A DNA stretch of 39,013 bases from Candidatus Micrarchaeota archaeon UBA95 (lineage in GTDB: Archaea; Micrarchaeota; Micrarchaeia; Norongarragalinales; Norongarragalinaceae), in assembly GCA_002499405.1 (NCBI GenBank), contig DALH01000018.1, positions 1 to 39,013 of the forward strand. The letters run 5' to 3'. The translations under genes were made by a program, and so were the position numbers. Below, one piece after another: positions 28,140-36,374 of this stretch; the stretch's first letter is position 1, and every line of letters starts with the position of its first letter. Under the pieces are notes generated by a model. It made no database searches and was not told the DNA's origin. It was given only the letters and a program-made list of their open reading frames with translations.

Positions 28140-28825
28140 GTGCCGGGAAGCGTTTTACTTTGACGAAGTTCGACAAGGATTTGCTGGGTTACCTGTCGGA
28201 CGGTCCATCGTCGCGCCGCGAGTTGTTGGCGAAGACGCGAGTCGCTGAATCCGAGTTCGACAAGCGCATCAAGAAGTTGAAAGCGAAGAAGTACGTCGTC
28301 CTGGACGGAGATGGGATTGCCTTGGGCGTTGGGGGCTACAACAAGTCGAGGCAACTGGACGCGGCGGCCAGGCGCAAGGAGACCAAAAAAGAACGGGTAA
28401 TGGTTTCCTTGCCGGAAGCAAAACCCGCGCCAAAACAGGAGCCGAAAACAGAGCCGGTTAAACCCGAACGCGTCGAGGCGCCGGCGAACGCAATCGACTT
28501 GGCGGAAATCCTGAAGCAGGCAAGCGAACGCATGCGCGAACAAAAAGGCGTTCAACAAAAATCAATTGAAAAGGAGCCATGGCCGCCGAAGCGCGTGCAA
28601 CCAAAGGAGTCGTGCGAGTTGTGCAAAGGCGAATTCTTCTTGTCCGTTAAGGGGGGTCACCCGAAGTACGGGCACTGTTTTTGCGGGGCTGCTTACCACA
28701 AGGACTGTTACGAGGCCGTGATGGGGGGCGACAAGCACTGCGTGAGGTGCGGCAGGAAACTGGAACTCTACCTTGACAAGGAGAGCGAGGAAGCCGTGCA
28801 TTCTATTCGGGACGTCTTCGACTGA
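28136..28825 (+). CDS. Winged-helix plus C4HC3 RING-like zinc finger protein (candidate E3)
   Basis: N-terminal HTH-wing pattern; C-terminal C-x2-C-x17-C-x-C-x4-H-x2-C-x10-C-x2-C. Confidence 0.75.
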   Translation: MSAGKRFTLTKFDKDLLGYLSDGPSSRRELLAKTRVAESEFDKRIKKLKAKKYVVLDGDGIALGVGGYNKSRQLDAAARRKETKKERVMVSLPEAKPAPKQEPKTEPVKPERVEAPANAIDLAEILKQASERMREQKGVQQKSIEKEPWPPKRVQPKESCELCKGEFFLSVKGGHPKYGHCFCGAAYHKDCYEAVMGGDKHCVRCGRKLELYLDKESEEAVHSIRDVFD

Positions 28826-29441
28826 AAGTCATTTCCTCGATTCGCTTAAATCGTTTTTCATTGGTTTTCTTGCTTTTTGCCAGCCATTCGATTAGCTGAA
28901 TCGCTTTTTTCTTGTGTGCGTCCGCTCCTACCTGGTTTACCCGCCCCCAACTCGTTTCCGTTACGCTGGTCACTCCCTTTCTTATTTTTCCCCTATACCT
29001 ACTGCTGCCAATAAGTGGTTTTAGTTTTCTGTTTAGCTCTGTTCCGGTTGGTTTAAGTTGGTCTATGACGCCGCTTACGCCCAAGTTTGTAGCGGTTGCT
29101 ACTGAGATTCCCGCGGGGACGCTCCAAAAACCGAGTTTTCGCCATAGCGTTGCCGCGATTGCTCCGCTTCCGCCAATCAGCGCCCCACCCTCGATTTTTG
29201 CCCTGCGGCTCGTATGACCCCGTTTTGCAACTTCAATTGAATCGTTGATTTCTTTGATTAGCTCCCCGATTTCGTAGTGTTGGGCCGGAGTGCGGTTGGC
29301 GGGATGCGTTTGCAGGGCGATTTCGTGTTTTTTTAATGTCTCCAATATGTCTTTTTCCGCGTTCAGGATTTTTTGCGTGTGTTCAAACGCGTATCGGTTT
29401 GCGGTTATTCTTCTTTTTTTGTTTCCCTCTCCAATCGGCAT
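28803..29441 (-). CDS. Hypothetical basic protein with Gly-rich hydrophobic hairpin
   Basis: 212-aa ORF, lower GC, GGALIGGSGAIAA...AGISVATATNLGVSG. Lies immediately downstream of E1. Confidence 0.65.
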   Translation of the reverse strand: MPIGEGNKKRRITANRYAFEHTQKILNAEKDILETLKKHEIALQTHPANRTPAQHYEIGELIKEINDSIEVAKRGHTSRRAKIEGGALIGGSGAIAATLWRKLGFWSVPAGISVATATNLGVSGVIDQLKPTGTELNRKLKPLIGSSRYRGKIRKGVTSVTETSWGRVNQVGADAHKKKAIQLIEWLAKSKKTNEKRFKRIEEMTFSRRRPE

Positions 29442-29452
29442 TTATTTTCCCC

Positions 29453-30199
29453 TTAATGCACGGGGCAGTTCGCCCTTTTTGGAACGTCGTAAACGATTGT
29501 TTCCTGTTTCAAGCCGTCAAAGAAAACGTATTTTCCTTCAAGGCAGTCGCGGCCGTGAACCATTTTCACGAACTCGTTGGCCTGCATCGCGGCAATGATT
29601 GACGTCGTGGTGGCGAGCGCCGGCATCTTTGGGTCCAAGAAGTCAAGGACTTCGCCCACGCACGAATATTTTTTCCACATCTTCTTGTAATCCGCCTTGC
29701 TCATGGTGCATTCCAGGCACGAGGAAGGCGAGCGCACGACCTGCACCTTGCCGTGGAAGCCCGTAGTCCCTCCGTCAATGAGCGGAACGCGGCCGTAGCA
29801 GTAAGCGTTCAAGTGGAGGCGCGCGGCCTGGTTATCCAAGCCCGAGAAAGCGTAATCAAACCGGTCGTAAAACCAGTCGTCAAGGAATTCCAGGCGCTTG
29901 ACCACGGCCTTGATGCGTGCGTTCTCGTCCATGACGCGCGCTTTTTCCGCGAGCACTTCCGCCTTGAGTTTTCCAACGTCCGAGGAGTTGAAGAACACGC
30001 AGCGGTTGAGGTTCGCCTCGATTATGGAATCGTAGTCCACGAGCGTCAAGTCGCGAACCCCTTTTTGGACGAGCAACTTGATTAATTCGTTTCCGAGCGC
30101 GCCCGCTCCAACCACGAGACACCGCGCTTTGGATACCGCGTCCTGGTCCCATCCGTTGATGCGTTTCTGCCTGTCGAAGCGGTCGTCGTCCGCGCGCAT
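29453..30199 (-). CDS. E1-like activating enzyme (ThiF/UBA family)
   Basis: RFDRQ, VVGAGALG, D...NLNR, GLDNQAAR, DGGTTGFHG, CLEC, YSC (candidate catalytic Cys), CPVH. Confidence 0.92.
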   Translation of the reverse strand: MRADDDRFDRQKRINGWDQDAVSKARCLVVGAGALGNELIKLLVQKGVRDLTLVDYDSIIEANLNRCVFFNSSDVGKLKAEVLAEKARVMDENARIKAVVKRLEFLDDWFYDRFDYAFSGLDNQAARLHLNAYCYGRVPLIDGGTTGFHGKVQVVRSPSSCLECTMSKADYKKMWKKYSCVGEVLDFLDPKMPALATTTSIIAAMQANEFVKMVHGRDCLEGKYVFFDGLKQETIVYDVPKRANCPVH

Positions 30200-30233
30200 A
30201 ATCAATTTAACGGCTTACCCGTTAAAGTTCGTT

Positions 30234-31007
30234 ATGGCCGTAATCGCTTACTCGGTTCGAGACCCAGCCGGAAGAAAAATGGCGGAGGCGTTCAAGTCAA
30301 GCGGCTTCAAGGAGCGGGACTCGTTTCACGGCATGCCTTGTTGGGAGCGGGGCGAAGTGCTCCTGATTGAGTCCGAACAGGAAACAATAGGTTTTTCCAC
30401 GCGATTTGAAACCGATTTGTTGTTGTTTGCTTCAAAGCATTCCAGCGCTGCCGCCAAACCGTGCCTCACCGCACACTTTACGGGCAACTGGGGCCCCGCT
30501 CAACACGGCGGAAGGGAACGCGAACTGTGTTCGGCGCACCCTTCCGCGTTGAAGGCGGCTTTTGAATTTTTGCGCGCGAACCCGTTGGAAGGGTTTCCCG
30601 CGATTATGGAAGCAACCCACCACGGCCCAACCGCGTTGCCTTGCCGGGTCTTGTTCGTTGAAGTAGGCAGTTCCGAAAAAGAGTGGGAACACGAGGCGGC
30701 GTGTGAAACCGTGGCGCGCGCCTGCTGGGAGGCGTGCAGTGCGCCGAAGGCGGAAGAGTGCGTTCTTGGAATCGGGGGAGGGCATTATTGTTCCAAGTTC
30801 TCGGAGTTGGAAAAAGAAAACGCGTTTTCGCACGTTTGCCCGAAGTACGCGCTCGGGTTTCTGGACGCGGAAATGCTGGAACAGGCAATTCAAAAGGCGG
30901 GTGCGCCGGTCAAAAAAGCGTTCGTGGACAAGAAGGGTTGCGGCGCGCACAAGGCAAGGGTAATTAATTTGCTTGAGGAGGCAGGCCTTGATTACGAGAA
31001 GGTTTAG
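30234..31007 (+). CDS. dtdA: D-aminoacyl-tRNA deacylase (DTD2)
   Basis: FASKH, LTAHFTGN, EATHHGPT, FVEVGS, GIGGGHY. Start moved to the ATG at 30234. Confidence 0.93.
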   Translation: MAVIAYSVRDPAGRKMAEAFKSSGFKERDSFHGMPCWERGEVLLIESEQETIGFSTRFETDLLLFASKHSSAAAKPCLTAHFTGNWGPAQHGGRERELCSAHPSALKAAFEFLRANPLEGFPAIMEATHHGPTALPCRVLFVEVGSSEKEWEHEAACETVARACWEACSAPKAEECVLGIGGGHYCSKFSELEKENAFSHVCPKYALGFLDAEMLEQAIQKAGAPVKKAFVDKKGCGAHKARVINLLEEAGLDYEKV

Positions 31008-32212
31008 AACTCGAACAACTTTTTCTGCCGTAGAATATTGCTCTTGGATGCGTAAGCGCGCCACGGGTTTTTGAGTCGGGTTGCGGCATCCGCCAAGGCC
31101 TTGGAAAGGGAATAGAATTCGTTGGGTTTGTTCCTGAAGGCGGCGCGCACGTTTTCGCGCACCTGCCACACGCCGACGGGCACGCGGTAGCCGTCGTAAA
31201 TCTCGCGGACCACGATGACGCGCGCCTGGACGTTTCGTTGTGCCAGCGCCTCGGCAACCGCGAAGCGCGCCGCGTAATACCCGCCACCCTCGCTTTGCGC
31301 GTAATCCTTTCGGCCTTGGAACGGCTCGTATTCGTAGGCGATGCTTGACTGGTTTTCGCTCCAAAAACTGCCCTTGGACCACGCCTCGAATTGTTCGTAC
31401 TCCCAGTTGCCCGGCAGTAAAATGATTTCAAACCTGTTGAACAAGTACTCGTTGGAATAAACCTGGTAGCAGTCGATTGTCTGGCTTTCACGGATTTTGT
31501 TGAGGTGTTCATTGGCGAGCATGGTGTCGGTAGCCGTGATTCCCCAACGCGTTGGCACGAGGCGCCGGTCTTCATGTTTTCCGAGCGCGCCCGCGGTCAA
31601 CAGTTTTTGGAGGTAATAATACTCGAATCCCTTTTCCAGCAGGGCGGTCAAGGCGTCCCTGGCCGTCCACCCCTCTTCAATTGCCTCGTCCACCGCTCCC
31701 GGAATGCAAGCGTTTCCCTGCACCTCTATGTTGCGCGCTTGCGCCGAGGGCCCGCTGGGCTGGCTCACGTCAAAAAATCTTACCTCGTTGCGGGGCACGT
31801 GTTCAAATGTTATAGCCACGTCCAGGGGCTTGGTGCTCATGGCCGCCTCCAGCAGGTCGCGGGAGAGCCGTTTTTTCACGCTTTGTTTTTGGTAGCCGCG
31901 CGCCATGACTGCGGCGCTTGAAACGATTTCGTCCAATGGCTTGCCATACCATTGAGAGGCGTCGGTTGAAGCACCCTCCAGACTCACGCTCGGACCAACA
32001 TTAACGCGGGGATAACCATTCCAGCCGACGAAGACGTTGGGAACGCTTTCGCCGACTACCTCCCTGCGCAGGCGTCCCGCCAGCGCCTGCCTGGCGTTGA
32101 ATCGTTCCAGAAGCGGGCATTTTTTTACTCCGCACATCAGCCGCCCCTTGCAAACCGTGCACGAGACCACGAATTGTTTTAAGCAAAGAAAAATAAATTC
32201 TTTTCCATTCAT
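31004..32212 (-). CDS. nreA: Nre-family DNA repair protein with C-terminal PIP box
   Basis: CTVCKGRLMCG...CP, VFVG..GYP.V, RRLVPTRWGITA, GGYYAAR, VGVWQVRE; ends QKKLFEF. Start uncertain. Confidence 0.92.
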   Translation of the reverse strand: MNGKEFIFLCLKQFVVSCTVCKGRLMCGVKKCPLLERFNARQALAGRLRREVVGESVPNVFVGWNGYPRVNVGPSVSLEGASTDASQWYGKPLDEIVSSAAVMARGYQKQSVKKRLSRDLLEAAMSTKPLDVAITFEHVPRNEVRFFDVSQPSGPSAQARNIEVQGNACIPGAVDEAIEEGWTARDALTALLEKGFEYYYLQKLLTAGALGKHEDRRLVPTRWGITATDTMLANEHLNKIRESQTIDCYQVYSNEYLFNRFEIILLPGNWEYEQFEAWSKGSFWSENQSSIAYEYEPFQGRKDYAQSEGGGYYAARFAVAEALAQRNVQARVIVVREIYDGYRVPVGVWQVRENVRAAFRNKPNEFYSLSKALADAATRLKNPWRAYASKSNILRQKKLFEF

Positions 32213-32358
32213 ATGTCTCTTATATGTACTTTATTTCTCCCTCATAAGTCTTTTATAAAGTTCGAGCGGTCTTTTATCTGTCTTGTAATATGCACTTCCA
32301 GTATTGCATAACTCTTTTATATCTTTTCTTCTTTTGTTTTTGAGTGGGTTGAAATATC

Positions 32359-33489
32359 ATGCAGGTCTTTGAGGCGAGGCAACGGCTCTTATCCGAACTG
32401 GGTTGGAAGGAGAACCCCTTTGTGAAGGATTTACGCTTAGGGGACAGGACGTCTTTTTTGAAGTATTACTTGCCGATGGAGGGGGAAAAGATTCTGGAGC
32501 GGCTTGCCTTTGACGCGAAGGCGTGCCTCCTCGTCGGTCCGAAGGGCGTTGGAAAGACGTCGGCGCTTTATTTCGTTGAATATTCGTTGCCCGACGACTT
32601 CGAGTCGTTCATGTTCAAGGAGCCGCCGAAAACCCTGGAAGAACTGCACGAGCATTTGTTCGGCGTGGAGCGCGGCTTTTTGGACGCGTTGCTGGGGCGC
32701 CCGCCGAAAAAGATTTCGCGGGAGAAACTCGTCGGGAAGTTGAAGGCAAAAAAGAAGAAAGTGGTCCTCTTCATTGACGAAGCGCATTTGGAGGACAACC
32801 GCAACATGTACATGGAGTTCAAGTACTTGTTGGACGACGTGCCCAACCTGCGCCTCGTGGTTTCCGCATTGGGCCGCGAAAAGTTTCCGGACTCGCTGAT
32901 TCAACTAATCGGCGAGCCCAACATATTTCAGCGTAAAAAGTTTTCGGCGGAGGAGATGCGGCGCATAATATTGCATCGCATTCGGGCGGTCGGAGGGATG
33001 GGCTTCAAGCCGTTCCCGGACGCGTTCCTGGACGAGGTTTTGACCGAGCAAAATCTTTTGTCGCCGCGCTACGTTTTCGACGAATTGAATTCTTTTCTTG
33101 CGTCCCTGGCAATGGGAAAAAGCGAATGGAGGGCGGCTTCGGAGTATTCGGATAATCCGATAGTGCAAAGCGTCATCAAACGCGACCGCATAACCAAGGG
33201 CAACGTTTCGTGGTGGAACCAGTTGAGCCCCTCCCAAAAACAGATTTTGGAGTTGTTGCTGGAGTCCGAGGCATTGACTTTGAGCGAGATTCGGAAGGGC
33301 ACGGGCCTGTCCCAGAACACGGCGTTCAACGCGTTGTATCAGTTGAGGGGGAGCGACAAGGCCGAGAAGAAGCGCAAGCCCTCGGTTCCTTTTCCCCTTG
33401 TTTCGGTCAATGGGAGAAAGGTTGGAGGGCGCAAGCGCAACGAGTACTCCGTGAATGAGAAGATTCGCAATCTTTTCACCATGCATTGA
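32359..33489 (+). CDS. AAA+ ATPase with C-terminal winged helix
   Basis: LGWKENPF, GPKGVGKT, LFIDEAH, SPR; C-terminal LSPSQKQILELL...LTLSEI...LSQNTAFNALYQL. Confidence 0.85.
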   Translation: MQVFEARQRLLSELGWKENPFVKDLRLGDRTSFLKYYLPMEGEKILERLAFDAKACLLVGPKGVGKTSALYFVEYSLPDDFESFMFKEPPKTLEELHEHLFGVERGFLDALLGRPPKKISREKLVGKLKAKKKKVVLFIDEAHLEDNRNMYMEFKYLLDDVPNLRLVVSALGREKFPDSLIQLIGEPNIFQRKKFSAEEMRRIILHRIRAVGGMGFKPFPDAFLDEVLTEQNLLSPRYVFDELNSFLASLAMGKSEWRAASEYSDNPIVQSVIKRDRITKGNVSWWNQLSPSQKQILELLLESEALTLSEIRKGTGLSQNTAFNALYQLRGSDKAEKKRKPSVPFPLVSVNGRKVGGRKRNEYSVNEKIRNLFTMH

Positions 33490-33503
33490 GAGGTGGGTTA
33501 AAA

Positions 33504-33632
33504 ATGACTGTGAAAGAGTTTTTGGAGGAGCTGGCGGAATCGCGCACGGCTTACAAGGTGTCGTGTTGCAATGACCGAGTGCTCATAAGCACGGATTCGG
33601 TGCACCAGGGCCTCGTGGGGGGATGCGTATGA
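33504..33632 (+). CDS. Small hypothetical protein (42 aa)
   Basis: MTVKEFLEELAESRTAYKVSCCNDRVLISTDSVHQGLVGGCV; GAGGTG Shine-Dalgarno upstream; ATGA overlap with the histone gene. Confidence 0.55.
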   Translation: MTVKEFLEELAESRTAYKVSCCNDRVLISTDSVHQGLVGGCV

Positions 33633-33841
33633 AGCGAGCCTTCCAATTGTTCGACGTAGACGCCCTCTTCCGGGCCACGGGCGCGCAACGCGTTGCCGAG
33701 TCCGCGAGCGAGAAGCTCGCCGAGGTTTTGGAGGAGTCGGCCGAAGATTTGATTTTCCGGGCGAAGATTTACTCGCGTCACGCGGGGCGCAGCGAGGTCA
33801 CCCGTGACGACGTGTTGCTGGCGGCGTCAGACATTTCGTAA
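33629..33841 (+). CDS. Divergent archaeal histone-fold protein
   Basis: GAQRVAESA...LAEVLEE...A...HAGRSEVTRDDVLLA. Confidence 0.88.
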   Translation: MKRAFQLFDVDALFRATGAQRVAESASEKLAEVLEESAEDLIFRAKIYSRHAGRSEVTRDDVLLAASDIS

Positions 33842-33903
33842 CCCAATTGAAACGCTTGACTCCGCTTTGGGCTCCGTCTTCGCATTTCAATTCTGTTAAC
33901 GGG

Positions 33904-35154
33904 TTATTTTCTTGCGTTCGGAACGCGTAACTGCAGTTGTATTTCAATTACTTCCCTTGTTTTTTTGAGGAAGGATTGCGCCCCTCCTCTGGGGAAGCTG
34001 GCGCCGGCGGCTATGTTGTGGCCGCCCCCGCTTCCCCCGGCAGCTTTTCCGGCCTTGCGCATAACTTCGCCGAGGTTCAAACCATTTTCCACGAGTTCGA
34101 GGGTGCCGCGCGCCGAAACCTTCACTTCGTTGGTTCCCGCGAATGCAATCAACGGCTTTTTTTTCACGAGTTTTTCGGCTATGATGCCGGCCTGCGCGGG
34201 CTCCACTTTTCCGCGTCCGTCATAGAAGTCGAAGCAGCCCAAATCAACGCTTTCGGCTTCCCGGAGCACGGCGGCGAGTTTTCTGGTTTGTTCCGCCAGT
34301 ATTTTTCTGGCGTCAACAAGGGATTCGCCGCCCCTGATTGCGGCTTGAATACCTTTTCTTGCTTCTCCGGCCCGGCCGCACGCGTCAAGCAGGGTACCGA
34401 GTTCGTGGGCGTCCCTGGTTTCCTCGCGGTCGGGTTGGTTCGGGAAAACGTAGGCGTTTCCGAAAAAGTTTTTTCCGATTTTCTTTTTCAGGTATGCATC
34501 TAGGCGCATCCTTTCTTTTGCGGGTATTTCGTAGTAGTGCGCTTTTGGGTTGAACCCGTTTTTTTCGAGTTCGCCGGGTTCAATCATTCCCTTCAACATT
34601 TTTGCGACGTTTTCGGTTATCCTGCCGTGAAGGGTAAGCCCCGGCGTGATGATTACTTCGCCGCGTTTGATGCACTCCTCAAGCATGACCTTGTTGAATC
34701 CGGTGAACGGCTCCTGCTTGTCCCCTATTGCCCCGGTTATGCCGAGTCGCCCCAGGTCCTTGCCCGTGTGCTTGAAACAGTGGTACGCCGTGGAGGCGCC
34801 GCAGGCGTCGAAGGTGCCGTCGAAACCGTAGTCGTGGACGTTTGCCTGTTTTCCGCCCTTTTTTTGCGGTGGGTGATGGTCCAGGAAGAAGGCGTTGTCC
34901 ACTTTTTCCTCAAGGTATTCGCGTTGGCCGGACCCGATGTCAACGAAAGCAACGCAGTCGTGTTTCACGGCGTTTATTTTTTTCACGATTTGTTCGTCCA
35001 CTTTTATCGCGGAAATCGTTTTTCGGGTTTCAACGGCGTTGCAGGTGAGGGCGGCGGCGCTCAAGCCGTCGCAGTCGTAGTGGTGAACCACGAGCACGTC
35101 TTCGAACCCGAGTATTTCGTCGCCTACTTCCCTGCACTTTTCCGGAAAACCCAC
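33904..35154 (-). CDS. DHH/DHHA1 phosphoesterase (RecJ/GAN-like)
   Basis: HYDCDG, DIGSG, LDHH, GAIGDKQ, VSARG, GGGHNIAAGA. Confidence 0.9.
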   Translation of the reverse strand: MGFPEKCREVGDEILGFEDVLVVHHYDCDGLSAAALTCNAVETRKTISAIKVDEQIVKKINAVKHDCVAFVDIGSGQREYLEEKVDNAFFLDHHPPQKKGGKQANVHDYGFDGTFDACGASTAYHCFKHTGKDLGRLGITGAIGDKQEPFTGFNKVMLEECIKRGEVIITPGLTLHGRITENVAKMLKGMIEPGELEKNGFNPKAHYYEIPAKERMRLDAYLKKKIGKNFFGNAYVFPNQPDREETRDAHELGTLLDACGRAGEARKGIQAAIRGGESLVDARKILAEQTRKLAAVLREAESVDLGCFDFYDGRGKVEPAQAGIIAEKLVKKKPLIAFAGTNEVKVSARGTLELVENGLNLGEVMRKAGKAAGGSGGGHNIAAGASFPRGGAQSFLKKTREVIEIQLQLRVPNARK

Positions 35155-35207
35155 GTTTTGTTGTTGTGTGCCGAATTAAAAGAGGGTTTCGCCTAATGCT
35201 TAATCGC

Positions 35208-35468
35208 ATGTCGCGGATTTCAAAGAAGACTTTTGAACGCATTGCTTCGGACGTGGTGTCCGTGCTCTACTCGCGGTACCCGGTTCCGCTTACCACGCGG
35301 GCGATTGCCAGGGAAGTTGCGAGGGATAACGAGTTCATCAAAAGCGTCCTGACCTTCCTTGAGTCCAAGAAACTAGTTGTAAGCGTGAAAAAGGATTGCG
35401 GGCGCTGGATGAAGTGGAAGATTTCTAGGGCTGCAAAAAGCAGGATGGACGCTTCGAGGCCTTACTAA
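35208..35468 (+). CDS. Small winged-helix protein
   Basis: PLTTRAIAREVARDNEFIKSVLTFLESKKLV plus a wing. Confidence 0.7.
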   Translation: MSRISKKTFERIASDVVSVLYSRYPVPLTTRAIAREVARDNEFIKSVLTFLESKKLVVSVKKDCGRWMKWKISRAAKSRMDASRPY

Positions 35469-35501
35469 CCTTTATTTATTAAGTTGCGGGAATCCTTCCT
35501 T

Positions 35502-36137
35502 ATGGCTGATTCGGACCCCGAATGCGGGGGTTTGACGTGCAAGGCGTGTTCTCCGCAGAAGCAGGCGTGCGCCGAAGACCGGCTTCTGGCAGCTTTTTAC
35601 CGCAAGATAATAGACCGGTACGAGGAACAGATCAGCTTCGGCGAGGAGAAGAGCGTCATAGAGTTGAAGAAACTCGTTGCGCCCTCAAAGGAAGTGGAGG
35701 AAGTAGCCAACTCGCTTTCAACGGCGTCCCCGGTTGAAGGCGCTTTCCCGGCCTTTGCTTCGCGCTGCCTTGAATTCCTGAAAGGCATAACGTTGCTTTC
35801 GTCCGGCCTCAAGTTTTCTTTTTGGTTGACTCCTTCGGAGACCTTGGAGTTGCGTGCCGGCGATTCAATGGACAAGGCAATCCTCCTGTGCTCTTTGTTG
35901 CTGGCAAAAGGGAGTTCCACGGCAGTTGTCCGCGTGGTTGAGCTGGATGACGGCGTGAAGCACGCCCTGGTATGCTTTTTGCACGGGGGTGCGGCATACG
36001 TCTTTGACGCGGCTCACTCCAAGTCGTGGTCGGGGCCATCCGTGGAAGAGGTTTTGTCGGAGGCGTGCGTGGACGGGAAGATGGTCGTGCGAAGCCTCTA
36101 CGAATTCAATTCCGAGTCGTATTCCTCCCTCCAGTAA
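35502..36137 (+). CDS. Transglutaminase-like fold protein, probably inactive
   Basis: FWLTPSETL...GDSMDKAILLCSLL...HA.V...VFD, with Ser at the usual Cys position. Confidence 0.7.
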   Translation: MADSDPECGGLTCKACSPQKQACAEDRLLAAFYRKIIDRYEEQISFGEEKSVIELKKLVAPSKEVEEVANSLSTASPVEGAFPAFASRCLEFLKGITLLSSGLKFSFWLTPSETLELRAGDSMDKAILLCSLLLAKGSSTAVVRVVELDDGVKHALVCFLHGGAAYVFDAAHSKSWSGPSVEEVLSEACVDGKMVVRSLYEFNSESYSSLQ

Positions 36138-36191
36138 TCCAATTGTTTTAATACCCGGGGCTGGCTAATTAATTTCCTCGGTGTTTTTCCA

Positions 36192-36374
36192 ATGGCCGTC
36201 AAGGTAAATCATTCAAAGTGTATTGGGTGCGCGGGCTGCGTGGGCGTATGCCCGGTCCTCGCTTTGACTCTTGAAGAAAACAAGTTGTCGTGCGACGCCT
36301 CCAAATGCATTGACTGCGGCGCCTGCATCAAAATCTGCCCGTTCGGTGCGCTGTCAAAAGGGGATTCCAAATGA
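36192..36374 (+). CDS. 2[4Fe-4S] ferredoxin
   Basis: Two CxxCxxCxxxCP motifs. Confidence 0.95.
   Translation: MAVKVNHSKCIGCAGCVGVCPVLALTLEENKLSCDASKCIDCGACIKICPFGALSKGDSK

Noticed and set aside
29453..30199. E1 and Ubl as a ThiF/MoeB-ThiS/MoaD sulfur-carrier pair
   Set aside because: No thiamine or molybdopterin genes nearby. The Ubl abuts an E2, and JAMM and RING-like genes are adjacent. iscS is about 13 kb away in its own operon.
32359..33489. Calling this gene orc1/cdc6
   Set aside because: Architecture is similar, but it lacks the recognisable Orc1 arginine-finger and GDAR motifs and has an ExeA-like N-terminus.
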